NCBI RefSeq assembly: GCF_001194135.2
Contig: NC_069000.1
Span: 14,760,024-14,821,977, forward strand
Direction: 5' to 3'
Origin: Octopus bimaculoides
Taxonomy: Eukaryota
Length of the DNA: 61,954 nt
Numbering within the stretch: the first letter of the stretch is position 1; every line of letters starts with the position of its first letter. Made by a program: the position numbers and the translations under genes. The notes under the pieces are model-generated. The model searched no databases, had not been told where the DNA came from, and was given only the letters and a program-made list of their open reading frames with translations. Shown in pieces: positions 27,277 to 42,000 of this stretch.

Positions 27277-30200
27277 ACTCGTACATCTTTGCCTAATTTA
27301 GTCCCTCTTCTTCTCGGTTTTCGGTGCATGCTCACTCTTACCGGTCTTGTCTCTTCGCTGCTGTTTTTTACCGGTGATGCTGATGGTGGTATGTCAGTGT
27401 TATCAATTCAAAGTTATTGGGTCATGCCATAACAACAGCTTATGTTGAAAAGACAACAAACTACACAACACAGCAACAAATAAGCGCGAGTACTTCTTGC
27501 AATATACGAACACAGTATGCTAGAAACACAAAGATATAAATAAATACACAAGTCCCATCATGTACCAACACATATTTGAAACACACGCATACGCAACCCA
27601 AACAAATATACACAACTCCTTGCACATATATACAAACAATTAGTAACGCACACAGTTGCCAAGTTCTTGCATAAACGAACACACTATAAGAGAAGCACAC
27701 AGACACACACACGCTCAAACCTTTGGCACTCGGTCGAGGCCTTTTAGATTTATGTATTTGTATCGTCTGCTTTATAACTCTTTCACTTTCAGTCTTTAGC
27801 GCTCTAATAACACTAGATGGGAATTTAATACACAGTATGAGACATGAACTTTCCTCACGGTGAGCAGAAGAAGGAAATGGCAAAAGAAAAAAACACCAAG
27901 AAAAGATCATCAAGAAGAATATGAAGAGATCTATCAGTTGGACGATATCTTAACCTGTGTTTATCGCAGTCGAACACAGAATACAGGAAACAGATGAGCC
28001 AACAAATGTGGCCTCTACAACCTTCGTTTTGTCTGCTAGAAATAGTACTTAAATCTCCCTAAAGTTACACCCTACCGTTTTTTTTAAAGAGGACATATTA
28101 AATACTGCTCTCTCTCTCTCTCCCCTCACATACACACACGCGCACGCACACACATACACACACACACACACACACAAGAATCCTTAACTCTTTGCCTGCC
28201 CTGTGTATTTCCCTTGCGTTTATGCATCATATATGATATATATTCCTATGTGTTTCGACAACCAGAGGAACTGGGACTTATGAAAGGAAAACTTTATATT
28301 AACTCAGAACGTATAAAGACAAGCGCTAGCTAAAAATCTGAAAGGAAGCATGGATTTTAAGAACAAAATACATGCAAAGGATTAAAAATACAGGTACAGG
28401 GTTAAAAGAGGGCCAGTCACAAATGAAAATGCCTTTCGTAATGTCTGCACAATCAAAACTGACCTCCAGCAGAACTACGTCGGTCAGCACCTTCCAACAG
28501 GTGTAATTAATCAAACGCTTTACATACACGTAAACAACACTACAAGCATACACACACAAACACGTATGAAAACAGAGTCAATGAGGAAAGCTCCTAGCGG
28601 TCAGTCGACAAATATCTCTAAAAAAAATCACACCTTACTGGCATGAAAAGTGGGACCTACTCAAAATATAACCTTGGATTCAATACGTCTGAATAAAAGA
28701 TGAGATGGTAGCAGCCGCAACATCTTTGATCATAGACCTGTTGGACTGGAGCCGATCTTGGACCATGTTTACGCACTGTCCACGGTGGTACAGTTTCATT
28801 TAACAAATGCACAACTTTCAAGACACGCCTCTAGCACTGATTTTGTCCAATCAGTAACGGTCATTTCCCTCTACGTAATTTGATGTCTAAGTTGACAGTT
28901 TTCGGGCTTTTTGACTCGAACAAGTATTGAATTTTATTGAACTTCAGTTATGCGTACGCAGTAGAGGCCATTTCTTTTTTCAAATCAAATAAACCACTTC
29001 CTTTTGGCACACAACGTGTAGAGAATTTCTCTGAACTTTTAACGCAATTAAATGTAGAGAATGTCTCTAAACTTAGTTGAAAGGGCTGCACCCTGACGCA
29101 TCTATTTTTATTTTTTATTTTTTTTACAATCTCACCTGTCAATGTATTAATACTAGTGCTACTGTTAATGCTGCTGTTGCTGTAGCGAAAGCAGATCCTC
29201 ACATTCCAGATACTATGTTTTGTTGGCACTCTGTCGCTTACGACATCGAGGGTTCCAGATGCAAATCGGCACCTGTGCCGGTGGCACGTAAAAGCACCCA
29301 TTACACTCTGGGAGTGGTTGGCATTAGGAAGGGCATCCAGCCATAGAAAACCATGCTAGATCAGACTGGAGTCTGGTGCAGCCTTCCAGCATGCCTGCCC
29401 AGTCAGACCATCCAACCCAAGCCTACAGACTTTAACGAACTTTTTCCATTTTCATTTTCTTTGCCTTTCATTCCCTCTATTCATTCTGAAGATGTTTATT
29501 AAATGTAACGAGGCAAATGTAAATTCACTCCGATTTAATAAACAGAAACAGCTGTAAATGGTTCCAAATTCTATTAAATAATGACTTTTAAACACCAACG
29601 ATCCATTTCTCATTGTTAATTATTGCTCCATTTTTTATCTTCTCTCTCTATATATGTTTCAGGCGGTGCCCCAGCATGGCCTCAGTCTAAAGACTGAAAC
29701 AAGTACAAGAATATTTGTATGCATGTATGTGCATACATATGTACTATACGTAGATGTATGCACGTATTCAATTAATTATCTTGTTCAACTTAGAAAAGAA
29801 AAGGAAAATTCTAATATGCCTCATATAATATCTTTACCCCTCCCCTCGTTTTAATATATATTATTATTTTGTTTATCATAACATACTTTGAAATACCTTT
29901 ATGAACATTTTTACTGTATGAATAATATGTGATCATCATTGTTTTTATCAGTATTACGAGTAGTAATAGTAGTATTAATATGTTCATTATTCTATGATTC
30001 AGTACTCATAGAATGCTAATGATTTTACCACAGAGCCAACTGAGTCACCTGAAAACGGGAGAGTTTTGTTCATCTCAGGTAAAAGAAAAAAAATTAACGA
30101 AAAAAATGTAAAAATCTCATCTCTACAAATCAGCAGGTTCTTTTGTTTTAGACAAAATGAACTGAAGTCTCTCTCTCTCTATCTGGTTTCTCTCTTTTTT

Positions 30201-30344
30201 TTTTCATTTCAATCTTAAACTTACCTTTCTACATATTTTGCCAAAGAATTTCTGTGAAGGCCATACAACTGTGTATTTCTTTGTTGTTAAACACTAAAGT
30301 ATTAGAAATATACATATATACATAATCTACTCAGACATCTCTCC

Positions 30345-30381
<37 letters not shown>

Positions 30382-30423
30382 CACACACATGTAAATGTAC
30401 ATACATAGACACACATGCATACC

Positions 30424-30466
<43 letters not shown>

Positions 30467-31597
30467 TACTTACATTATGTGTATGTATAAACAAAAAAAA
30501 AATGCAATACAAAGAGAGAATTAATTTTTTATTTTATATCTCTTAGTTATTTCAGTCATTTGACCTTGGCCATGCTGGGGCACTGCCTTGAAGAATTTTT
30601 AGTCGAATGAATCAACCCCAGTAGTTTTTACTTTTTTAGCCTGGTGCTTATTCTATCAGTCTCTTTTGCTGAACTACTAAGTTACAGGAAACATAAACAC
30701 ACCAACACCAACACCAACACATATATTTATGTGGCACATAAAAGCACCCAGCAAACTCTATTAAGTGGTTGGCGCTAGGAAGAGCATCCAGCTGTACAAA
30801 CCCTGCCACAATACACAACTGGAGTCTGGACAGCTCCATGTCAAACTGTCCAACCTATGCCAGCATGGAAAACAGATGTTAAACAATTATGATGATGATG
30901 ATGATGATGATGATCACATGATCAGCCAGACTGCTATTAAACATTGCTGGTCACAATGCCCTTTGCATTGTTTTAGCGTTTGAATGATGCCACCCTGCTT
31001 GGTAGGTGAGGAGGCTAACGATTCTACGATTGGTGGGGGAGGCTAGTCCATCGCAGAGTTACCCACATACAACAGAGTGAACTGGAGCAATGTGAAAGGA
31101 AGTGTTTTGCTTAAGAGCATTATGGGAATTGAAACCATTCTGGGAATTGAAACCATGATTTCATGATTGTGAATGCAACACACATAACCACTAGGCCAAA
31201 TACCTTCACACACACATGTAATATATATATATACCAATTTTTTCTATTTTTTAAAACCCGGTTTTATTCTATCAGTGTCTTTTGCTGAGCCGCTAAGTTA
31301 TGAGGACATAAGCACATCAACACCAGTTGTCAAACACACACACTCATGCACATATACATATATATATATATACTAAGGCTTCTTTTAGTTTCCATCCACC
31401 AAATCCATTCACAAAGCTTTATGGCACAAGGCTATAGTAGAAGACAGTTCCCCAAGCTGCCATGCAGTGGGACTGAACCCAAGACCATGTGGTTGGGAAG
31501 CAAACTTCTTACCACACAGCCATGCCTATACTTCTATACATACCTGCATTTTATACACACACACAGAGAAATGAATAACATTACAAAAAGTAAGGTT

Positions 31598-31641
31598 TTT
31601 ATTTTTTTGCATTTTTTTAATAAAGACAATATCAATTTATT
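31598..31641 (-). terminator. Candidate DPAGT1 polyadenylation signals
   Basis: AATAAA on the minus strand at 31636-31641 and 31598-31603, shortly after the stop codon. Confidence 0.55.
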
Positions 31642-31684
31642 ATTGTTATTATCATCAATCATTTTTGATTTTTGGACTTTCATT

Positions 31685-31750
31685 TCATACGTCATAGAAT
31701 ATTTTGGCAACTTGGTAACGGATAAAGAATGCAATAAGACTGCAGAAAAT
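31685..31750 (-). CDS. DPAGT1: DPAGT1 terminal coding exon ([21 protein letters not shown])
   Basis: tttttcag| acceptor; TGA at 31685-31687; 66 nt. Confidence 0.94.
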   Translation of the reverse strand: MFCSLIAFFIRYQVAKIFYDV

Positions 31751-34700
31751 CTGAAAAATAAGAAAGCAGTGACCAGATAAGAATATAAAAATTGAACCAA
31801 TATTATCAACAACAACAATAAGAAGAATGGAATTTCTATGAAGGACTCATTTGTTCTACAATACACTGTCATAGCAATAAGGGCTATTGACACTTTGCCA
31901 TCTTAGAAAAAAAGGGAATGTCATATATTAGTTAATGAAGTCATAGACATGTAAATAAAACACCAAAATAACAAAAAAAAAGAAAACAAACAGATGGAAT
32001 GGTCATAGGTGGAATGACTTCAACTCAAAGTCTACTCAATCAGGACTGACTTGATGCTAAACAATAACAATAACAACAAAATGCTAATTTAATAATGAAC
32101 TTTGGCCCATATAAATAAGCTGGCTTTAGCAGTAATTCAGGTAAAGGGTACAGGTGTTTGTGGAATACTCAGTCAGTTCCATGCTAATTCAATGAGCTGG
32201 TAGTTCAGTTGATCAAACCAGTGAAAACACAAGGTCAGAAATTCCTAATCAAGATCCTTCTATTTTTCCCAGGTTCATCATCCCATATATGGATAATCCA
32301 TAAAGACTTTCTCTTTAAGCCCTTTTGCATCTTCCATTCCATAAATACTTTGGCTTTTACCAGATTAGTACCAGTAATGTGATGGTTTCCACTCAGTTAA
32401 CTAAAAAATACACCAACACCAAAAAAAAACATACAAACAGACAAACAAACAAACAAAAACTATTATTGTTATTGTTGAAGCTGAAGTCTCATCATTATCG
32501 ACTCTACTGTTCACCTTTCTGAGATTGATAAGATAAGTATCTTGGTTGGAAGCAGGTGAGATTTGGCAACAGGAAGGGCATCCAGTTGTAGAAAATCTGC
32601 CTTAATAAACTCTGTCTGATCCATGCCAATGGGTTTACTGTAAACATTTGTATCGTAATCTTAGTTCTACCTACCCTCTAGAGAGCACCTTGTAACATAT
32701 TTTTTATCTTTTACTTGTTTCAGTCATTACACTGCGGCCATGCTGGGGCATTGCCTCGAAGAGTTTTTAGTTGAGTGAATCAACCCCAGTACTTGTTTGT
32801 TTTTTTTAAAGCCTGGTACTTATTCTATCAGTCTCTTTTGTCGAACTGCTAAGTTATGAGGACATAAACACACCAACACCGGTTGTCAAGTGGTGCAGTG
32901 GAGGAACAAACACACATACATAGATATAAACATGATGGGTGTCTTTCAGTTTCCGTCTACCAAATCCGTTCTCAGAGCTTGCTCAGCCCAAGGCTATAAT
33001 AGACGACACTTGTCCAGGTTCCACGCAGTGAGACTGAGCCCAGAACCATGTGGTTGAAAAGCAAGCCTCTTACCACACAGCCACACCCATGAGCATATGA
33101 AATAAATAAATAAGTAGTTGAATATTTGTATACAAAGATGTAGTTATTGTTAACTGAAAATCCAAAGGAACTAGAGTAGCTGGGGGTGGGGCGTAGGGGC
33201 AGTACTTTTCATTATGTTGTAGGCAATATGTGTTTTTTATGGGGTCCGAGGGCGGCAAATGGAAGGGCCATCCCAGGCAGCACAGACTCTAGCTACACTA
33301 CTGCCCAGAGGAGGAAATTACAATGCTTCTCATATTAGCAAGCACATGCACAAGAGCCTCTTCTGCCTAGAGTCACACTCAACTATCTTAAAGAAAGAAA
33401 GCAAACACTGGATACTGTAGTCCTAGATACACTGTGTTTGAAAACAAAAGTTGTTTGGTCAAAGATGGAATACCTTTGAGCATTGGTTGTTAGATCAGTC
33501 CTGGTCTGAAGCAATAACATTAATAAACACGTGGGAGATTAAAATTTTAAGGGAGGTAACTCTGTTGTGCACTCGTGAGAGTGTGTGTGTGTTCTACGGG
33601 TTTACATGAATTTTCTAAAAGAATTTTTTAAACTCTTTAGACCGCGGCCATGCTGGGGCACCACTTTGAAGAAGTTTTGGTCGAATGAATTGATTGATCC
33701 CAGTATTGTATTTTTTTAAAGCCTAGTACTTATTCTATCGGTTCCTTTTGCCAAACCACAGTGTTACGAGGATGTAAACACAGCAACACCAGCTGTCATA
33801 CGGTGGTGGGGGACAAACATAGACACAAATACACACACACATGCACATACAGATATATATGATGGGCGTCTTTCAGTTTCCATCTACCAAATCCACTCAC
33901 AAAGCTTTGGTTGGCCCAAGGCTATAGTAGAAGACACTTGCCCAAGGTGCCACACAGTGGCACTGAACCCAGAACTATGTGGTTGGGAAGTAAGCTTCTT
34001 ACCACACATACCTGTGCCTATATAAATATTCTTTCCAAAGCCTTTCCTCTATATATATATATATGTATCGTTGCCAGTGCCCCTGGACTGGCTCTTGTGC
34101 GGGTGGCACATAAAAGACACCATTTCGAGCGTGGCCGTTTTCGTGCAGGTGACACGTAAAAGCACCCACTACACTCTCTGAGTGGTTGGCGTTAGGAAGG
34201 GCATCCAGCTGTAGAAACTCTGCCAAATTAGATTGGAGCCTGGTGTTGCCATCCGGTTTCACCAGTCCTCAGTCAAATCGTCCAACCCATGCTAGCATGG
34301 AAAGCGGACGTTAAACGATGATGATGATGATGTATGTATATGCATTTGCGTGTGTGTGTGTGTGTGTGAACGCATGCAAACTGGAGTACTGAACTCACCT
34401 GAATGGAGAGGAGAATCAAAACAAGACTTCTTTCATGAAGTGGACCAGTATAAACTAATACTAAGTTTAGCAATGTTAGGTTGTTACATTCTATAACAGT
34501 TCCTTTGCTATTTTTGGATTTCATTTCATTTAGTTGGATCAGACGGAAGAGCGACAACACTTTTAACATTATCCAACCAAGCGGTTTGATTTGATTACGT
34601 TCACAGTTCATAAGACTTATTCCTACTTTATTGGTTTTAGGATCAAATCTGGAAAAATAGAGAAGAGAAATTAAAAGAAATTACTAATATTAATAATGAT

Positions 34701-37094
34701 GATTTCTTTATTAACCACTAAGAGTTTATATAAAAAAAGCATGATGGACAACACAGGACAAATACAATGTTGGGTTACATGAAAGCTGTGTAAACAATGA
34801 AAGACAAAAACATTAATCATCATCATCGTCATTACTGTTTAATGTCTGCTTTCCAATCTGATCTGGCAAAGTTTCTACAGCTGGATGCCCTTCCTAACGC
34901 CAACCACTCCGAGAGTGTAGTGGATGTTTTTACGTGTTGCTGGCATGAGGACCAGTCAGGCGGTTTTGGCAACGGCCACACTCAAAAGGTATTTTTACAT
35001 GCTACCTGCACGGGAGCCAGTCCGGCAACACTGGCAACGACCATGCTCGAATGTTGTTTTCCATGTGCCACCAGCACATGTGCCGGTAAGGTGACGCTGG
35101 CAATGACCACACTCGAATGGTGCTTTTTATGTGCCACCAGCATGGGAACCAATCCATGGCCTTGGCAAGAAGAAGAAGAAGAAGAAGAAGAAGAAGAAAA
35201 TAATAATAAGTGAATAATCCAAGTCGATGAAGTTCACTTACTTTGGTATTCTGTGTCGTGGACATGGTAAGAAATGGAAAAGCTGTGGGACTGAATAGAG
35301 AAAGTTGAACACTTGTGGAATGAAGAAAAGAAGAAGTGTTTTGCTGAAGTGTCCCAGGATAGCAACCACAGCAAACGTCATGCCAGCAAAATAACAAAAA
35401 GTGTCACCAACAAACACTTCAGCAGGGTACCTAGAAAAAAGTGCAAAGTTTAAAAATTCTTGGATATGTATCATCATCATCATCATCATCATCGTCATCA
35501 ACATTTAACATCCATTTTCCATGCTGGCATGGGTTGGACAGCTTGATAGGAACTGCACCAGGTTTCATAGTCTGTTGCAGCTTGATTTCTACAGCTGGAT
35601 GCCCTCCCCAACAGCTACCACTCCAGAGAGTGTACCGGAGTTTTTTTACATGGGACCAGTACTTTTTAAGTGGCATGACTACCGTTTCAGTCATTAGACT
35701 GCAGCCATGCTGGAGCATCACCTTGAAGAATTGTAGTCAAACTTATCGACCCCAGTGCTTATTATTTTTTTGTAAATAGTCTCTTTTGCTGAACCGCTGA
35801 GTTATGGGGACATAAACACACTAACACAGGTTGTCAAGCGGTGGTGGAGGACAAACACAGACAAAAAGGTATATATATATATACATGACAAGCTTCTTTC
35901 AGTTTCCGTCTACCAAATCCTTTCACAAGGCTTTGGTTAGCCTGAGGCTACAGTAGAAGACACTTGCTCAAGGTGCCATGAAGTGGGACCGAACCCAGAA
36001 CCATGTGGTTGGGAAGCAAGCTTCTTACCACACAGCCACATTGTGCCTAAATAAAGGCTTAAGTAAATTGTAAGTTGTATTTATTATAACAAGGACAGTC
36101 AACTATAACATTTGCCACAGAACATAAATATTTATTGTAGAAAAAAAGCAAAACAAAACCAAGCAAAAAGATTTTAAAAAAACATTTCCTCACCAATTGT
36201 GCCAGAGTAAGACACAACACAAGGCAGTGAATGGCATTAAAAAATAGATGGAAAATTCATGTGTGGCAGGTTGGTTACCTAAAGAAAGAAAGTGAAAGAC
36301 AATGAGACTGAGATGAAAATTTTATTGAAGAATTATGGTAACTAACCTCTTAGCTAGCAAAAGACAGAAAAAGAGAGAAAGAAAGAGAGGCAGACAGACA
36401 GAGAAAGAGTTGGGTTGATACCAATGAGAAAATGATATCACAAAGGGTAAAAACCCACAGTGATTAGTTTTATAATTAAGTGTGGATAGAAACACAAGAG
36501 ACATCTATGGTTGGGTGATGTCATAATCCAGTATTTGAACTGTTTTGTTGAATGTTTAAGTGAATGAAATAAGGTTATTTTTAAATATGAAAATCATGAA
36601 AAACATGATTGTTTTTTTCCAGCTAAGTGATTTTGCTCAAGTCAGTTAACTTATAGTGTTTTTTATTGCATCTGAACAAACTTAATGCTAAGTTGTCAGC
36701 TTTGGGGAAAGTTACTGACAAGTTGTGACTTGATTGAGAGTTTTGAGAGTAAACATGAATTATTCCATCATGAATTAGAAAATAAAGTTTCAAGTACTTC
36801 CCAAGTGTGAAGGAATATTTTGAAGAAACAAACTGTTAAAAACTTAAAGCAGTTTATAAAAGTTATAAAACAGCTGTTTTCTTCCAGATTTGGACTAATC
36901 AACATTTGGACTAATGTTGTTGGTGGTGGTGTTGGTTTTGGTGTCATTGGAGGTGGTGATTATGTTGGTGCCGTTACTACTGGTGTCGGTAATGGTGCTG
37001 TTGTTATTATGGTCATCATCATTGATGGAGGCACACTAGCGTATACTGCTCTATAACTTAGAGTGTGCTTCTGTTTCGGATTTATGCTTTACCC

Positions 37095-37138
<44 letters not shown>

Positions 37139-37335
37139 CAACAAAGGCAGTATTCATACTGAGAGATCCCCACTTAAACATGGATGTTCTTTTAGAACAA
37201 ACTATAGTGAGAGCATTTTGCACAAGAGTGGATTTTGCACCAAAAGCCAATATGAGATTTTCTCTCATAGTATCTACCACAGTACTGTGAAGAATAGTTT
37301 GCTCTAAAAAAATGTCTGCATGTAAGTGGGGATAA

Positions 37336-37366
<31 letters not shown>

Positions 37367-39036
37367 GGGAGAATATACAAAAAATAACAACAGACGAGGA
37401 CAGGTGGTGTAAATATATATATATGTGTACAGAGAGAGAGAGGGGCACACACACACACAGAGTCAGTGAGCTTTCCAGAATCACTTGCAAGTCATTTATT
37501 AATCTGAGGCTGAGACAGAATATACTTGCTCAAGGTGTTGAGAGCAAGTGAGAGTGAATCTAGAAGCATGTGATTGTGAAGCAGACTTCTTAACCACGCA
37601 CACACACACACACACAAACCTAAGTTCAAATGCACTGCAATCTAATCTCGTGCATTAGAGATAGCGAAATTGCAGTCAATAAAAAAGAGTCAATAATATA
37701 CAAAAAAATGAAATGATAATTTGATAAATATCACAAGGAAAAAAAAAAAATACAGAAACAAAAAAACCTTCACTTACCATGTACTATCTCAATAATGTTG
37801 AAAATTAGTACAGATGCAGCAATTATGACAGACTGACCAACTTCTAAACCATTTACTCCAGCCAAAATATTGATGGCATTTGTGCAAAACACAGCAAGCA
37901 TTCCCATATAAACATAATAAAATATATCTGTAAAATAAAAGTGAATGATATCAAATGATATGGTATTGGAAGTGTGATAAGATAGGATATGGTCAACATT
38001 ACAATTCTTTGACATAAACGTAAATCATTTGAAACGTGATGGAAAGATAGAAACATCATAAAACAGTATAGCATTGTATTAGTGGCACATCATCATCATC
38101 ATCATTGTTATTTAATGTATGTTGTCCAAGCTGGTATGGGTTGGATGGTTTGACCAGGGCTGACAAGTTGGAAGGCTGCACCAGGCTCCAATCTGATTTC
38201 ACATGGTTTCTATGGCTGGATGCCCTTCCTAACGCCAACCACTCAGAGAGTGTAGTGGGTGCTTTTATGTGCCATTTGTGTAACCTCAGTGTCTTCCACG
38301 ACTGATTTTACTTGGCTGGAGCACTGCCTTTAGTCGAAAAAAATCGACCCCGCCCCCAGGACTTATTCTTTGTAAGCCTAGTACTTATTCTATCGGTCTT
38401 TTTTGCTGAACCACTAAGTTACAGAGATGTAAACACACCAACATCAGTTGTCAAGTGATGGTGGAGGAAAAAAACACAGACACAAACATATATATATGCA
38501 AATATATATACATATATGACAGGCTTCTTTCAGTTTCTGTCTACCAAATCCACTCACAAGGCTATAGTAGAAGACACTTGCCCAAAGTGCCATGCAGTGG
38601 TACTGAAACCAGAACCATGTGGTTGGTAAGCATGCAACTTACCACACAGCCACTCCTGTGCCTATGTATATATATATATATATATATAGATATATTACAG
38701 AGATGTACTTGCACAGCAAGTGACCTGATCTGAGATTGTGTGCTGGAACGAAAACATTTGCAGCGTGGAAGGTGTTTATAAGCCATTTAAGAAACACAAA
38801 AACCGTTAGATTCACTTCAATATTAAAATTTAATTTGCGAAAATATTTTCGGTGCTTTGAGACCACTACCTGTTCACTGACAAAATTCCGATGCAGCACG
38901 GAATTTTGTCAGTGAACAGGTAGCGGTCTCAAAGCAACGAAAATATTTTCGCAAATTAAATTTAAATGTTGAAGTGAATCTAACGGTTTTTGTGTGTTTC
39001 TTAAATGGCTTATAAACACCTTCCACGCTGCAAATG

Positions 39037-39073
<37 letters not shown>

Positions 39074-42000
39074 AGATATTTAAACACACACATATATGAT
39101 TTTTGACATGTAAAAGCACCTACTACACTCTCTGAGTGGTTGGCGTTAGGAAGGGCATCCAGCTGTAGAAACTCTGCCAAATTTAGATTGGAGCCTGGTG
39201 TTGCCATCCGGTTTTACCAGTCCTCAGTCAAATCGTCCAACCCATGCTAGCATGGAAAGCGGACGTTAAACGATGATGATGATGATGATGATGATATATA
39301 TATATATATATATATATACATATGTACACACAGTCACATACATGTGTATACATACATAGACTGTGAGTGTGATGTAATCTGATTTTAATGTCACTTGAAA
39401 TTTATTATGGATAGGCAACTATAAATATAATTATAATAAATAAACCTGATAATATTCAAGCACACGCACACACAAACTCTTGTTTAATGTCAGTAGTTTC
39501 ACAAGTATGACAAAACATAGTCAGAGTCACGATATCAGCTTTAGCCTCTTGTACCAGTCACTGAAAAGTTTAAGGTCATTACTAACTGGCTACTGCTTCC
39601 TCTCATTTCTCATTTGGCCTACTTCCACATAGCTGAAATGTATGCTTATTGCAGAGTTCAGCCTTCATTGTACTCTAACTCCTCATTTTAGCCATACCTT
39701 GTTAACAAATGCTAGCGGCAGAAAAATTTCTTAGGGATGCCTTCTGCAAAAAGAATATATAGTTAAGTGGTAGGTAGCATTGCATCCTTTAAAACCTCCA
39801 TGCTTCCTGAAATTCACCAACACTACACCTGATATCCACCCTGCTCCATATGTATGCAAACATGTATATTATGACTCGTACACTGTTCACTTTCCTGACT
39901 TTTGTACATAATTCTATGTACTATAGAATGCTGTAGAAACTCTGCCAAATCAGATTGGAGCCTGGTGTTGCCATCCAGTTTCACCAGTCCTCAGTCAAAT
40001 CGTCCAACCCATGCTAGCATGGAAAGCGGACGTTAAATGATGATGATGATGATATAAATGCACCTTTGACGAGTTCTAATGCACTTGAGCACCATACACA
40101 ATAGTTTCATTATTATTATCTTATTATTATTATTCATACTTAAAGATGCAAAAAAAAAAAAAAAAAAGGCAGTCTCATTGGTGGTTCTGATGACAATCAT
40201 GATTATGACAAGAGATGACAATGGTTAAAAGAAAATAAAAAATATCTGAAAAGTAGATTTTTCTGAAAGACTTATGAGAAGCTGAACTTACGTAGGTCCA
40301 AGTCGAAACCAACAATTTCTCTAAATGGTTTTGGTACAATGATTAGAGTTGCTCCAAAATTAGCAAAATACACCATCAGCAAGGGAAGAGAAGCAATTGT
40401 AGGAAGCAAGAGCTTTTGGCGCCACCGAAGATTTAAAACATCATCAGCAAATCCAAGAAAGATCATGCAGCATATGGACAGTAATGCAGCTAGATATTCA
40501 ATAAACTGCAAAATTAAATAGAGACACAGGTTGATCATTTTGTTGTTTTTTTTTTTACAAGGTAGTCCCAAACAAGGCAAGATGCCACTTAGTGTAAGTG
40601 GTTGATATTAGGAAGGGTATCCAGCCATAGAAACCATGCCAGAACAGACAAAGGAGCCTGATGCAGCCTCCAATCTTATCAGCTCCTGTCAAACTGTCCA
40701 ACCCATGCTAGCATGGAAAATGGATGATGATAATGTCTTTGTGTGTGTGTGTGTGTGTGTGTATGCATCTCTTATTTTATTGTACTTTAATTAGCTTGAC
40801 TGGTACCAACTTGCCTTTAGCCTACTTTTGTTTACCTGGATACTATCTCCCCTGCTTGATATTGGATTTTAGGTATCCAGGCCAGTCTGACCACTAATTG
40901 TCCAAATCTGTTATATGCTTCTTTGACATATTCTTACCCATTATACATAAATAAATAAATGTATGTATGTAATGTGTGTGTATGCATGTATGTGTGTACA
41001 TATGTATGTGCCTGTATGTACATACATATATATGGAAGATTGCATGTATGTATGCTTGTGTGTATGAATCTATGTATGTATGTATGTGTGTACAAATGTA
41101 TATATGTATGTCAGCATATTTGAGTGTATGAATGGATGTATGTTTGTATATGAAGCTAGTGATTCACGCCATCTCTACTCAGAGTTTGTCATCTGATATG
41201 ATGATCCTTCAGACAACAAAAACATTTCTGCTTGAGGGATCGTACTGAATGAGAAACACTGAATCACAGTATAACGAATTAGCAGCTTTGTACAAATAAA
41301 TTTTCTCTCCAACACATATTAATTACAAACACACACACACACATATTTTATCATCATTATCATTTTAAAGTCTACTTTTTCACGCTAACGTCGGTCAGAG
41401 GAAACTTATTAACCCTTTAGCATTCAGGTTACTTTGTCAAATGCTCTGCTTATTTATTCACACGGTTTTGAATTATTAATCATGCATTATCTCATAGCTT
41501 CAAGGTTTTGATGATGTGATTGTTTATTTTTAGAATGACATTGTAGAGCAGGTGTAAGCAGCTGGATCTGGTCAGTTTGAACATAAAACAGGTAGAATAT
41601 TTGGGCTGGAAATGGTCAGTTTAAATGCCAAAGAGTTAAGGCAGGTTTTCTATGGCCAATTGCTTTCTGTTAACCACCTTCACCTATATATATAGTATTA
41701 TAGAGCCAGGGGCAGTATCAAATGAGTTTTTAATTCAGGTCACTTAAAACACGTTCATATTATAGAACCAGGGGCAGTATTAGATAAGTTTTAATTCAGG
41801 TCACTTAAAACAGGTTCATATTATAGAACCAGGGGCAGTATTAGATAAGTTTTAATTCAGGTCACTTAAAACAGGTTTGTATTATAGAACCAGGGGCAGT
41901 CACAAATGAGTTTATACCAAAAGGGCTAACCCTTTAGCATCCAGATTTCTTTGTCAAATGTATTGCTGAGTTATTTAGTGTTTTGAATTAATCAAGCATT

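Noticed and set aside
27290-27400. Coding-looking minus-strand stretch IDNTDIPPSASPVKNSSEETRPVRVSMHRKPRRRG
   Set aside because: In-frame stop directly upstream, no good acceptor, runs into a microsatellite
28930-29100. Minus-strand ORF end ...DLKKEMASTAYA* followed by AATAAA, as a terminal exon
   Set aside because: Weak acceptor, no linkable upstream exon, no homology; AATAAA is common in this AT-rich DNA
41198-41263. C/D-box snoRNA (ATGATGA...CTGA) on the plus strand
   Set aside because: Antisense to the host gene, poor terminal k-turn stem, no recognisable rRNA guide
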